The notes beneath the pieces are model-generated. The model did not search any database. It saw only the letters and a program-made list of their open reading frames with translations, and was not told where the DNA came from. Positions 1 through 13,639 of a stretch of 63,998 nucleotides of DNA are shown here, piece after piece. Numbering within the stretch: the first letter of the stretch is position 1; every line of letters begins with the position of its first letter. A program made the translations under genes and the position numbers. Location: NCBI RefSeq assembly GCF_001194135.2, contig NC_068993.1, positions 64,740,701 to 64,804,698 on the forward strand. The letters run 5' to 3'. The DNA comes from Octopus bimaculoides (lineage: Eukaryota).

Positions 1-82
<82 letters not shown>
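1..82. repeat. (TC)n microsatellite, representative of dozens of (AT)n, (GT)n, (GA)n, (GATA)n and (TACA)n tracts across the window
   Basis: Directly visible. These tracts generate the [12 protein letters not shown] and THTHTH ORFs in the track. Confidence 0.98.
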
Positions 83-83
<1 letters not shown>

Positions 84-1122
84 GTTCCTATCTCTCCCAC
101 TTCTATATAAATTTGCTGATGTTGCTGTTTGCCCTTTCATCTAAATAATATCTACCACATGATATAGAAACGGTTGTCAAAAGCTCCCAAAGAAATACAT
201 TCCCTGCTTTTATATGAATAATGAAATGTTATTTTATATTTTATTGTTTCATTGAAGTTTGTTTATTCACTCCCTTCTAAGAGTTTAACCATTTAAACGC
301 GCCATGTGAATTAACTAGATTCACTGACAAAACTCAAATGCAATGTTCTTATGTATTTATCTTATTTAATCTAGTTTAGTCTTGGCAATCTTCCAGCAGC
401 TGATGACACTGGGACCATTACTGCTGAAACTAAAGTTCTTTAATTGGTTATTTTGCGAATGATTAAAATTGATGTCACTTAACTAATTCCTCCCTCCTTC
501 GATCGCGAACGTTCATCAGACAAAGTCTTATACAGTAGAAGGCTCAAGTGTTGCCTGTGTGTTATTGGTATAAATTCCACGTAGATCGTTATCTCTGTGG
601 AAGTATACAGAAGAATTATTTGTTTTATTTTGCTGTTGGATGCATCTAAGAGAATTCACATCGATGAAAGGATTTTATCCTGGTCTCCCCTCTGAACATA
701 ACTTCCAGCATTTTGCCCACAAGGCTGGAAAGCAAACTGCGACGGATGCTACCAGAAGTCTCTATACATTGTTGTAAAACAGCAATGGAAAATAACAGAA
801 CAAAATGTATCCCTTGAAAATATGCTTGACACGACAAAGACAGTATATATACGTAAACACATTCAAACACACACACATATATATATATATATTATACTAT
901 AGTATATTTGTATAATATTATATCATATTATTTTATATTTGAGATGTCATTTATAGCTTTTTTGTTAATATCACTTCAAAACCTACATCGAAAACATTTT
1001 TTGGCTTTAGGGTACCATTCTTTGTGATTGCAATCATAAAAAAGTCCTTGACTCAGAGAGTTGACGAAATGTAATTGATATGATATCAATCAGTCAATCA
1101 ATCAATTCACACACATTATATG

Positions 1123-1159
<37 letters not shown>

Positions 1160-1228
1160 GTGTTTGTGTGTGTTGAGTGTATGTGCATGTGTTTGCGCGC
1201 GCGTATGTGAGCATGTGTNNNNNNNNNN

Positions 1229-1270
<42 letters not shown>

Positions 1271-2207
1271 CATACGAAAGAAATAGTTAAGAGGGAAAAC
1301 AAGAATCACATTAAAACATATTTTCATACATATTCCTTCTGATTGTTTTTGTGTAGCATTCTCGGATCTGCTTTATAAATTCTTTAAAGTGTACTTCGGT
1401 AAGCTGCTTTCATTTATGTTTCTTTTTTTTTATGTTTCAAATTCCTGAGAATTTCAGACATGATACTTAACAAACATTCAAAAAAAAAACTACCTATATT
1501 TACATGTAAACAACGAAACATTAACTTGCCAAAGATCCGTTTTGTCTTTTATTTCTTTTTTTAACTTTTATTTCTCTTTTAATATTTTTTTTTAAAACTC
1601 CACTGTTTTTCTAATTTGCCAATGTTCTCACATTATTTCCCTCACCCTCGCAAAGATACCATTACTTACAGATAATTAACATTGCATCAAACACTGTGTT
1701 TGCAAAATAGCTTCTAATAGCTAGTAATGCCGAAATAATTTTTGTGTGCTTTCGTTGAATTTTAGTTTTCTTGTTAACGATGTATTTTTCCCTGGTGTGT
1801 AGATTTCAATTAGAGAAGCGCTACTATTATCGCCCAAAGACTTGGACTGTAAATTATTAAGCTCATCTCATAAAAGCTAACAAAACTGTACTAAAGGTAT
1901 TTTTGTCGCAGTTTCTGTTATGACTGTTTGTTTTGTCTCTTTAGTTGGCTTTAGGCAAAAAAAAAATTCTGGAAACCAACAATGGCATCAGTAAACAACG
2001 TTATTTTAACGCAACTTACGTAACACGAATTTCAATAAGCACTAACACTTCCCAGGATAATTACACAAATTTACGACATATTGCTTTTTTCTTTTTACCT
2101 GTTTTACTGGGTGCCTTGGGATATGGGTACCTTGCTATGCACTTCATAGCAACGTGTCCACGACCAAGTGTACGTATTTGTACTCTGTGATATATGTGAG
2201 TGTGTGT

Positions 2208-2525
2208 GGAAGTGCAATGACCCAGTAGTTAGGGCAGCGAACTCGCGCTCGTAGAATCACGGTTTCGATTCCCAGACCAGGCGTTGTGAGTGTTCCTCGA
2301 GGTTCTGGCAAGGGGTGGTGGCGACACTGCAGTACTCTTTCACCACAACTTACTCTCTTTCTTCCTGTTTCTGTCGTACTTGTATTTCAAAGGGGCCAGC
2401 CTTGTCACACACTCCAGTAGTCACTCAAGTACTTTCTCCAGTAGTCACTCAAGTACTTTCTCCAGTAGTCACTCAAGTATCACTTCATACAAACAGATGA
2501 CAGTGGACCGAGTGTGTTTCGAACC
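2208..2525 (+). mobile_element. tRNA-derived SINE
   Basis: Pol III A-box-like TGACCCAGTAGTTAGG (2218) and B-box-like GGTTTCGATTCCC (2261), followed by a unique body. Confidence 0.7.
2412..2479 (+). repeat. 24-bp tandem repeat CTCCAGTAGTCACTCAAGTACTTT, about 2.8 copies, inside the SINE
   Basis: Units start at 2412, 2436 and 2460 and are identical over their length. Confidence 0.95.
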
Positions 2526-3790
2526 AATTCCGATAATAATTATTTGTGAATGATGTATTTTCTATTACATATCCTCCATTGTTCTTCTTTTATCTTTTTA
2601 ATTTCTCGGCATCTACAAATCTATTTATCTATCTGTGTTTACTGTGGTTGCCAGCAGTGAACTTCGTTAACAAATCTTATTAAATTTATCAATATATAAA
2701 CCATATTCGACTTTTTATTGTTATTATAAGCAAATATTGGTAAACTCAAAAATGAAAGCTTGTACATGCTGTTTATTTGCTAATCAAACAACGAATCGAT
2801 CGTTTCTTAGCTGTGTATCTTGTATTATTAAATTTCTTTCAGAAATAATGAAATATTTAGTTAATATTTGCCTCATTTCCTTGTTTTTATTTCAATCTTT
2901 CAGTCTTTCGAAATTCAATGTTTATATTTCTTTGCTATTTTAACCACATTATTATGGGAAGACGATGCACTTTCACAAATCATTTATTGTTCACTTTCTC
3001 TCCTGCCTCACGTATTATCAATACGTGCAGCGAATGGCACGATGCATTGTGACATTTATGAACCTCACTTTGCGTTCTAAGTTTTAATCTCTCCGGCTTC
3101 GAATTTACCTGTTATCATTCCGCATTATTTGTTGTTGTTGCCCTTTTGTAAAAAATCAGCTGTAGTGAAAGGTATTACAACTACAGCTATCCTGTGTGTA
3201 TTGCTATGTTAAGGATTTGCAGGGCGACACTATCATTCAACATATCGGTTTCTTAACTAAAGTGCAAGATTTGGCTGCTATTTCTCGGGTTAGGTAACTT
3301 CCAGCTTGATACTGCAGTCTATTTTATTGACTGTTTCCCACCCTAAATTTTTTAATCTTATATCTCTTTTAAATTATAAAAGAGAAGGAACGAATTTGAA
3401 CAGAAAATACAGCGAGAACCAAATAAAATGTCTTTGCTGCATCAAACTGATTGAATTAATTTCCTTTCAAGTGATATATTGAAACCACGCTCTTATACCT
3501 TTCTAATCAATGTCTCCAATCAATAAATATGTCTTTTGTTTTGAGAATTTACTTTTTCTTTTACATTGTCCGAAGGTGAGATCGGAAGATTAAGACTGGC
3601 AAACGTTTTAATTACAGGTGTGTTACTTAAACAATTGTTCGGACAAAGAGGCAATAATTTCTTTTTCCCTCTTGTACTCTACATCGGTCAACTGCCGAAC
3701 ATGTTCAGCTGCCAGTCAGTTTTTACGAGAAAAGCTACCACACATCGCTCAATTGTTCGCTATTTCTGACATCGCAACGGAGGAAAGACA

Positions 3791-3848
<58 letters not shown>

Positions 3849-3869
3849 ATCAAACCAAGTACTTAAATA

Positions 3870-4490
3870 TCAATACAGCTGATCTTGGTGTGTCACGACA
3901 TCGTTAGATTTTCGGTGGCCATCGATGTTTTTGTGCCATTGGAGTAGCTCGTCAGATTGGCCGAGTGCACACGTGAGAGAGGATACCAAAAGGGATGAAA
4001 TACAAAACAATAACGGTCCTAGAACCGTGCCCTGAAGCATACCGCTTGTTGCAGGTGATTTTGCAAAGAGAAAACAGTTTCCCGCAACAGATTCGTTCCT
4101 ACCCGTAAGAAGTGAAAGAGCTATTCTCCGAGTTGTCCTGTGATCCCAAGATCCCATGCCAGATGATTCCATGTGTTATCTCCTCAAACGCTTTTGGAAA
4201 AATCAAATTATATACAGTCAGTATTCATTCTTCTCAAGGGATTATTGAGGAGAGTGTTGTGGTGCTGTAATACTTGCGACTTCGATCAGTTCGAAAGCCA
4301 TGTTGTCTATAATCTAAGAGGTTGCTTTCCGGAAAATTACGTAAATATACTTTTTCCGAAATTGGGTTCTCACAATTTTAGATGTGTGGATGCGAGAGAA
4401 ACATGTCTGTAATTTTTAGCTTCTTTCAGTACTTCTGGGAATATACCGGTATCTAGCGACTTTTGAAATAGTATTTTTAATGGTTTGGTG
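3870..4490 (-). mobile_element. Degenerate CR1-group LINE reverse transcriptase fragment
   Basis: KPLKILFQKSLDTGIFP..KNYRHVSL and SGMLQGTVLGPLLF resemble the NYRPVSL and SGVPQGSVLGPLLF motifs; frameshifted. Confidence 0.75.
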
Positions 4491-4522
4491 TATACATATA
4501 TAGACACGTGTATATATGTGTG

Positions 4523-4565
<43 letters not shown>

Positions 4566-5607
4566 ACACACATATGTACGTACGTGTGTATGTGTGTGTG
4601 TGTCTGTGTGTGTCTGTAATACCTTGAATTATTTGCATTCATAAATGAAACTCCACTTATTCTGGTTATCTCACCAGAAATGATAGCGGGGTCCTTTATC
4701 CTTCACCATTTTCTCTGATATATTACATCCGATAAACTGAAGATTTTCGTCTCTGGTGTGGAGAATTGTTACAAATTGAAAATAATCCGCCAATCCACAG
4801 TCACAACCCTTCATTATTTGACCAGTCAATGGTTCAGATTTTATAATAGTTTCCTTTTATAAACCACGACTCTAGAATCCCACAGCTGCACATCTACAAT
4901 AAACACGACCCCTAATGATATCTGTGTGTAAGTGTGTGCGTATATATATAAACAAGAGATGTATTTACATATGACTGTGCCCATGTTTAGACATTTTCAC
5001 TAACATAAACCATCGATGCAGACATTCATGTGTGCATTCATAGACCTATACTTATCTCACCAAGACACGTGTACAGATACATAAATATTTGCCTACATAC
5101 ACAGATACTTATATAATTACATCAACACATATACGTAATACTTACGTGCGCATACGCATGCTTTCATATACACAAATATAATTACTCACGTATATACATG
5201 TATACATTGAAATTTGCGCTCAAATAATATATATATATGTATGTATGTACACATATTGGTCGCTTTTAATTGTTTATAATAACTAATAGCATTCTGTATT
5301 CTTTTGTTTTAGTTAAATAACACCCGAGTGTATAGTTGAAGAATATGCATGGCGATTATTCCGCTTCCAAACAACGCCATTAGACTTTGAAAGAAACACC
5401 GGATATTAAGCGACTACAGTTCATAGCAGCTGAGTTAGTTTTAATAACTATTTTTATCATTTGGGAACTATAATAAATTTGGTAGAGACATTTAATTATA
5501 GCCATGAAATTCCTATTGCTACATATTGCTATTAGCTAGTTTAATGTTCGTGTAGTTTGATTGACGACAACAGCATGCGTGTGTGTGTGTATATTTATAT
5601 ATACATG

Positions 5608-5682
<75 letters not shown>

Positions 5683-6118
5683 GTATATGAATCTATGAAC
5701 ATATACATACATACATATTGTATGTATGTATACTCGCACTTGGACCAAGGTTACTAAGCTGACCGTTTTAAAACCTATAAAATACACACATCGATCTCTT
5801 CTTTCCTGCATCATCTCTTTGGTCTCTTTACCCCTTTTCATTATGTTCTCTTCCTCTCTCACTCGTTTGCTTGTCCCCTATTCTCAGTGAAACCTTTCAC
5901 CGCATCATTTTCAGAAAAAAACAAAAAATGTTTTTAATCGAACAGAAACGCTAAATTCCTATATTACAGTTATCCATAGCTCCCTATTTTCTGATACAAT
6001 TGTATTCAGTATATGATATATTTTACATATTAGCTTAGATTAATGGATTAATGCCACTCAAAATAACTGGCAAGCACATATATATATATAATGAAATTAT
6101 ATTGTGCCTTAGCGCTTC

Positions 6119-6153
<35 letters not shown>

Positions 6154-6654
6154 NNNNNNNNNNNNNNNNNNNNNNNNNNNNNNNNNNNNNNNNNNNNNNN
6201 NNNNNNNNNNNNNNNNNNNNNNNNNNNNNNNNNNNNNNNNNNNNNNNNNNNNNNNNNNNNNNNNNNNNNNNNNNNNNNNNNNNNNNNNNNNNNNNNNNNN
6301 NNNNNNNNNNNNNNNNNNNNNNNNNNNNNNNNNNNNNNNNNNNNNNNNNNNNNNNNNNNNNNNNNNNNNNNNNNNNNNNNNNNNNNNNNNNNNNNNNNNN
6401 NNNNNNNNNNNNNNNNNNNNNNNNNNNNNNNNNNNNNNNNNNNNNNNNNNNNNNNNNNNNNNNNNNNNNNNNNNNNNNNNNNNNNNNNNNNNNNNNNNNN
6501 NNNNNNNNNNNNNNNNNNNNNNNNNNNNNNNNNNNNNNNNNNNNNNNNNNNNNNNNNNNNNNNNNNNNNNNNNNNNNNNNNNNNNNNNNNNNNNNNNNNN
6601 NNNNNNNNNNNNNNNNNNNNNNNNNNNNNNNNNNNNNNNNNNNNNNNNNNNNNN

Positions 6655-6697
<43 letters not shown>

Positions 6698-6788
6698 TGT
6701 ACACGCATATATATACGAATATATACATATTCTTTACATTCAGGAATAGGTCACTCTGAGCACTGATGTCTTTCACTTTGCGTATAAT

Positions 6789-7629
6789 CTACAGCAATTC
6801 GTCCTTGCAGTTACTTATGAGGGTTGTGTCATCGGCGTATCTCAGATTGCACAGCCTTCCTCCGCCAATCTGCACACCACCATCGTAGTTCTCCTTCGCC
6901 GCTCTTATGATGTTTTCTGCATAGATGTTGTACAGATATGGAGACAGAACACATCCCTGTCGGACACCCCTCTCAATGCCGAACCACTCAGTGTTACCGA
7001 CGGACGTCCTGATAGATGACTGTTGATCTCGATATAGTCGCGCCAACAGTATGAATAAGTGTTCAGGAAACCCCATGTCGTCCCACATCTTTGCTGTGTC
7101 TCGCACAGTCGAAGGCTTAAGAATAGTCGATGAAACACACGTAAAGTGGAATGTTGCATTCCTTAAACTTCTCGATCATCATCCTGATGTCGGCTATCTG
7201 TCCCCTTCTTCCTCTGCCCTTGACGAAGCCGGCTTGCTCCTCAGCAATGACACTGCTATATTTCCGCTGCTCTGTATCTACGATGATTCGCAGCAGGGTC
7301 TTGCTTGCGTGGACAATAATACTGATGGTTCGGTAGTTAGAGCACACGCGTGAGTTACCTTTCTTCGGTATTGGTACGAAGACTGCACGACACCGGTCGA
7401 TCGGCCGCTCCACGTCGTTCCAGATTTTTACACACAGTCTCCACAACAGTTCTATCCCATCATCTCCCGTCGCCTTCCATACCTCGATGGGAAGTTCATC
7501 CACGCCAGGGCTCTTCCCGTTCTTGGTATGGTAAAGCGCCTGCCTCACTTCTTCTTTGGGTGGTTCCGGTTCTCTGTCTTCGGCTACAGCGAGTGCAACG
7601 GGCCGATCTTCCTGCCTCCTTCTGTACAA
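6789..7629 (-). mobile_element. RTE-clade LINE reverse transcriptase fragment
   Basis: Two consecutive ORFs with one frameshift near 7110: KSPGVD, NYRTISII, EEQAGFVKGRG, CFIDYS, GVRQGCVLSPYLYNIY, LRYADDTTL. Confidence 0.93.
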
Positions 7630-7934
7630 ATCGGTGCTGTATTCACCCCCTCCACCTAACTTTGACGCCCTCTTCGTCTGTCAGGATGTTACCTTCTTTA
7701 TCGTTGGCCGTTTTTTTTTTAATTTAAAATTTTTAAAAGGTTTAATAAAAAATAACAACCAATTAATCAATAATATATTCACCCATGTTGTTTACAACTT
7801 CCCAACGTTCAACAAGATTTTCAAAAGCCCATTGTAGGGCTTAACCGTAAACGGACGCATGAGTATCTAGACGTCTACGTAGTCAACAATTCAGATACAC
7901 AGACGATCCTTTATTGAAACACATTCTTATACGC

Positions 7935-7972
<38 letters not shown>

Positions 7973-8220
7973 NNNNNNNNNNNNNNNNNNNNNNNNNNNN
8001 NNNNNNNNNNNNNNNNNNNNNNNNNNNNNNNNNNNNNNNNNNNNNNNNNNNNNNNNNNNNNNNNNNNNNNNNNNNNNNNNNNNNNNNNNNNNNNNNNNNN
8101 NNNNNNNNNNNNNNNNNNNNNNNNNNNNNNNNNNNNNNNNNNNNNNNNNNNNNNNNNNNNNNNNNNNNNNNNNNNNNNNNNNNNNNNNNNNNNNNNNNNN
8201 NNNNNNNNNNNNNNNNNNNN

Positions 8221-8263
<43 letters not shown>

Positions 8264-9392
8264 GAGTAAGCACTTATCGACATGTTACCCTTCCCTCTCT
8301 ACTTCATAGGTTAAGATACAATTATTGTTACCGGTGCGTAATTTTTTTTCCTGCGCAAGCTTAACTGCGTGTGTATGTGTATACATATGTATTCATGCAT
8401 ATATTCGTGTCTTGCAAATATATACCTATACACGTAGATTATCTGTACGTATGCATCTGTGTATTTTGATGTATATATATATATGTTGTGGATGGTCTAG
8501 TATGCGTATATACTATTGTAATTTTATTTTATTTTTATTGCAGCGTATATTTTATTTTATTTGATTTTAATATGTTAATTCGAATATAATTAATTATTTA
8601 CAATATGTATTTTGAGCCCATTTTTCTATTTAAGGTTTTCTTCGATATTCTTAAAATAGGATGAATCTATATTAAATTCATTTGTTTTGTTCATTACGCA
8701 TCCATGACTGTTATTTGAAACGACCAATCAAACAGATCTATGTGTTTCAAATTTTATATTACTTTTGATTGCATTGTCATTCCTTTCCCATTTCTAACAA
8801 AACTGAACGGGAACGTGAAACTCCGAGTAACAGTCTTTTGTTATATTTCTGCTGCTTTTAAATAAAGTATACATATACATGTATATACATACATACAGAG
8901 ACACACTTGCTCACTCACACACACAAACCCATGCATATAGATATGTATCTATAAATATATAACCGCAAATATATTAAGTCAAGCAGCTTACATAAACATA
9001 CATCTATTTATATGATCATAGAATATACATTCGTGTGCACATATGTATATATGCATTTATGTATACATATGTATGTACGTAGGAATATTATTATGTTTCG
9101 CCATTGCGCTGCGGCATTGTCGGGACACCACCTTCATGTGTTCGCTCAACCATATCGACACCGGTTACTTACATTGATAGTTTATCGATAATCAGGTTTC
9201 AAACCACTGAGAAACATCATAAAATTCAGTGAGATTTAGACTGTAAATACGCCACACATAAAAATCTACACACACAAGCGTGCACCTATATATACACACA
9301 TACACTCGCGCGCGAGCGCACATACACAGACACACACACACAAACAGACAAGCTCATGGTTGGAGTTTGCGCGTGAGATCACGCGTTTATAC

Positions 9393-9430
<38 letters not shown>

Positions 9431-10003
9431 GTGTGTATGTGTGTGTGTACATGCGTATGCATGTGTGCATGCCTATACGCATGTATGTATGTATGTATGT
9501 ATGTATATATGCAAGTATGTACTTATGGATGTACGTGAGTAATAGGGTAAGTGTCTAGACGTGTTTGTGTGTGTGTGTGCGTTTGTACACNNNNNNNNNN
9601 NNNNNNNNNNNNNNNNNNNNNNNNNNNNNNNNNNNNNNNNTAAAGTATACACGCATATACGCTTATCCATCACTACATATATACACATATATACACACAC
9701 ACATACATATATACAAATATATATGACACTAATACAAGCATAATGGTTAAAATTCAAACATGCATTTTTTTAATTGTTTTTTATTATAATCTTTTTTTAC
9801 ACACATACACATACCACACATAGATATATCTACACATACTCATATCAACACATACACACACGTACACACACACATACCTCTACACATACGTACATACACA
9901 TCAAACTATATACGCTCATACGGTTATATATAACTACATGTATGTATTATGCATCTCAACATGTATGTATGGAATTCCACATGTAAAAGAGAGAGGAGGG
10001 TGA

Positions 10004-10620
10004 TTATAGAGGTGTACTCCCGAGTGGAATCTGGATGTTACCCCATTCGGATTTACGGTTGAGAGAGGGTTTGTATTCCTGTATACAGACAGCTTCAGTG
10101 ACTTGTCTCAGCATTGCATCAGTGGGATGTGTGGATAAGATGTTTAATTGAAGTCTCCCCAAGGAGCCCTTGTGGTAGTGTACAGCATGCTGATAGAAGA
10201 TGGAGTTTGGTTTCTTTTCAATGTAGTTGTCCAGGTGTTCTTTGAACCTATCATTGATACTCCTAGAAGTCTCACCAATGTTATCATACCAAGTATCGTT
10301 CTTATTTCTTTTGTTGGCCTCCCCCTCTAACCTATTCCAGAACTTGTTGCGGTACAGGGGCCATATACCGTTTTCAGCATCTCTTAGTATGCGTTCGAAT
10401 TTTGTTTTTGCTCCATCGTACACCCTGATTCTATCATGCTGTGTGTATACGGAACGTTGCATTCGGAATATATGGTGCTGGATGTGTTGTTGTCGTTCTT
10501 GTGGTTGGCACAGTGGGGATACATTCTTCATTACTCTAACTTAGTCTGCTACGAGGATGTTGATCTTGGCAGTACTTGACATCGCTGCACGGTACGACAT
10601 CAACAAGATTTTATTAGAAA
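10004..10620 (-). mobile_element. Penelope-like element C-terminus (RT thumb/linker plus GIY-YIG endonuclease), internally deleted
   Basis: PLYRNKFWNR..TWY is joined directly to IGETSRSINDRFKEH...H..HYH..AMLRQVTEAVCIQEYKPSLNRKSEW; upstream NILV..VRVMKN motif. Confidence 0.85.
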
Positions 10621-11356
10621 AGTCCAAACATTACCCCCACAGTAGCATTAGGAATTGCAGTCTTTGTTTAGAATTGAAATTGCTTATATTGAGATATTCC
10701 TTCCATGCAGGGGACTGAAAGAGGGGTGAGTTTTCTCTTTACTCAACAACGGAAACATGTCTTACCCAGCTGGCTGAGGACATTCTAAGTGAAAGTTTTA
10801 GCATTCCTCCTATTAGTGCTTCATAAATAAGAAGGTTATAATCCACACATTTAACATTTATTCACACGCATTCGTGGCCACACTTCGAAACCCCTTCTCC
10901 ACCTCTGTTGTTATTTCTCTTTCAAACTGCATCCTTTCCAATTCACACTTACCCTTCTTCATACCACCATCACATTTACAAGAACCTTGAGCACACAATT
11001 TCTACTTTCATGCTGATGTGCAGGCCACAATCTGAAAGGAACATCATCAGTGACATACCTGTGATAGTCGTAAGAGCTAAACTTGTTATTTATCTCTAGT
11101 TTCTTTCAGTGTGTTTTTTCATCCATATCTTTCGTTCCGGGTTTTACAACACTTCTGAGATGCATAAACCAGATATAGCAGTTTCAAGGATCCAGTAACA
11201 AAGAGCCCTAACCATATATTTCAATTCAGCCATATCCTATGATCGCTAACTTATCTCTGCAAAACTGGAATGTTCTCGAGCATGAAACCGTTCGTAAATA
11301 TAAACTGGCTAAAACGAGACGAAATTTATGATACGAAATAACACGCACATACACAC

Positions 11357-11388
<32 letters not shown>

Positions 11389-11701
11389 TTATATACATAT
11401 AAGTATACACAGACACTTATAAGTACACACACACGCACACACATTGATGTTCGTGGAAATTATATGGGCGAGGATGAAGTTGCTAGAACATTTTAATTCA
11501 ACTGTGATAATGACACGAAATAGAATTATGTTTTAATGTTTCACCATTTTAGACTGACACTTTTATGCTTATATACGCTGGTTCGTCTTTCTCTCTCACT
11601 TACAATCTATTCCTGTCTCTCGCCTTGTCTACCCCCCACCGCCCGTCAAATACCAATGTGTTTGTATATACACACTAATATATTCATATACGTGTGTATG
11701 A

Positions 11702-11743
<42 letters not shown>

Positions 11744-12914
11744 NNNNNNNNNNNNNNNNNNNNNNNNNNNNNNNNNNNNNNNNNNNNNNNNNNNNNNNNN
11801 NNNNNNNNNNNNNNNNNNNNNNNNNNNNNNNNNNNNNNNNNNNNNNNNNNNNNNNNNNNNNNNNNNNNNNNNNNNNNNNNNNNNNNNNNNNNNNNNNNNN
11901 NNNNNNNNNNNNNNNNNNNNNNNNNNNNNNNNNNNNNNNNNNNNNNNNNNNNNNNNNNNNNNNNNNNNNNNNNNNNNNNNNNNNNNNNNNNNNNNNNNNN
12001 NNNNNNNNNNNNNNNNNNNNNNNNNNNNNNNNNNNNNNNNNNNNNNNNNNNNNNNNNNNNNNNNNNNNNNNNNNNNNNNNNNNNNNNNNNNNNNNNNNNN
12101 NNNNNNNNNNNNNNNNNNNNNNNNNNNNNNNNNNNNNNNNNNNNNNNNNNNNNNNNNNNNNNNNNNNNNNNNNNNNNNNNNNNNNNNNNNNNNNNNNNNN
12201 NNNNNNNNNNNNNNNNNNNNNNNNATATATATATTTCTTTGCCTGATTGCCGACTGCCAGCACCATTTATGTTCCTGCCTTAAGGCTTTCTCTTCATACA
12301 CCTCAGCTCAGTTTGATTCGTTTTCAGTCGAAAGAACTTGTATTCTTGCCATTTGTAATCGTGCAACATGTTCCCGTTTTTTTTTTTTTTTTGTCTTTGG
12401 TGTCGTACACATTCGCTTACTTTCTTACAAAAAATCTAAAGCGTTTAGCTTAGACTCTTTGGAGGCAACCAGAGCAAACAATCTCAAGTGTAACTGCCCG
12501 AAACTGTAGGGACATTTATTTGGTAACTTGACTGATGAAAGAAAGCCACGGATGACCCGTCCACTTTTTTCCTGTTCCTCTAATTGTTGTTTTTCCTGTC
12601 CGCCTTGCATCATCTGTCTGTCCGGATGTTTTATTTTCCTCTATTGCGTTTTTGTTCCATTTTATCTATATGTGTGTGTATGTGTGCATGTTTGTGTGTG
12701 TTTATGCTTGTGTGTGTGTGTATCTTTGTATTTGCAATAACACGGGCGGGTTGAGGTTCACTAAAACTACTTCAGACGTGCTCTTTATTGCTGAACGAAA
12801 ATATTACATCATGTAAGAAAAAAACATTTCTTCTGGTGAACTATTAATAAAATTTAAGTTACGATTCTTCACATAAATAGAACATAATGCAAGTTGACTC
12901 GTCCTTCTTGGTTA

Positions 12915-12945
<31 letters not shown>

Positions 12946-13163
12946 AGCAATAGCTTTATATTCAGGAGACACCTAGCGGTATGCTGTTTAAAGCCCGTCA
13001 CCAGTACTCGGGTACCTGATGTCAACAACAGTGTGCAGGCATATACCACTGGATTCACTTCAGGAATTCTTTAGTGTTCGTATAGTTTATATTAAAAGAA
13101 AAGTGACAGAAGGGAGTTCACGAGACTCTTTATTCAAAATCACAGCAATCGTTTCGACTTTGC

Positions 13164-13215
13164 ATGCACCCATACCTTACAGTGATACTGTACAGTCAAT
13201 TGTTATGCATTACAG
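13164..13215 (+). CDS. Exon 1 (coding part): start codon and signal peptide [17 protein letters not shown](G)
   Basis: First ATG after an in-frame upstream TGA, followed by a hydrophobic 17-codon stretch. Phase-1 donor ACAG|gtgaga joins exon 2 to give Gly-Val-Asn-Cys, a plausible signal cleavage site. Confidence 0.7.
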
Positions 13216-13558
13216 GTGAGATATTGTGCCTCATCAGGTGACTTTTCAAATAAGTACCTCGTTTTTTACTCGCCGTTTCGCTTATTTTTATAACAACACA
13301 TTTTTAGTTATTGTAACATTTCATGTGTCCATAATGAACACAGATAGAATGAAAAAATCAACCTCACATCAGTAAAAAAAAACATAACAATAAATAAAGT
13401 ATACCAAGATAAACGAATAACGAATATAAAATAGAATGTAATACGCCGATAATAAGACACGATTAAATAAATAAAACATAAAATATACGAGATCAGAATA
13501 AAACAAGAAAACCAATTGGACATTTATATAGTCCTTTACATTTTATCAAAACAAGTTA

Positions 13559-13639
<81 letters not shown>

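Noticed and set aside
399-440. CTGATGA...GAAAC..GT hammerhead-like core
   Set aside because: The core is canonical but stem II does not pair and stem I has only two base pairs.
3510-3580. ATG followed by a hydrophobic stretch and a strong donor (CGAAG|gtgag) as a possible first exon
   Set aside because: The open frames end in phase 0 or 2 and cannot join the phase-1 exon 2; the 13164 exon fits properly.
13050-13163. TATA-like TATATTAAAA, Inr-like TCACTTC and a possible acceptor ttcacttcag upstream of the start codon
   Set aside because: Such motifs are common in AT-rich DNA; promoter versus 5' UTR intron cannot be decided without CAGE or 5'RACE.
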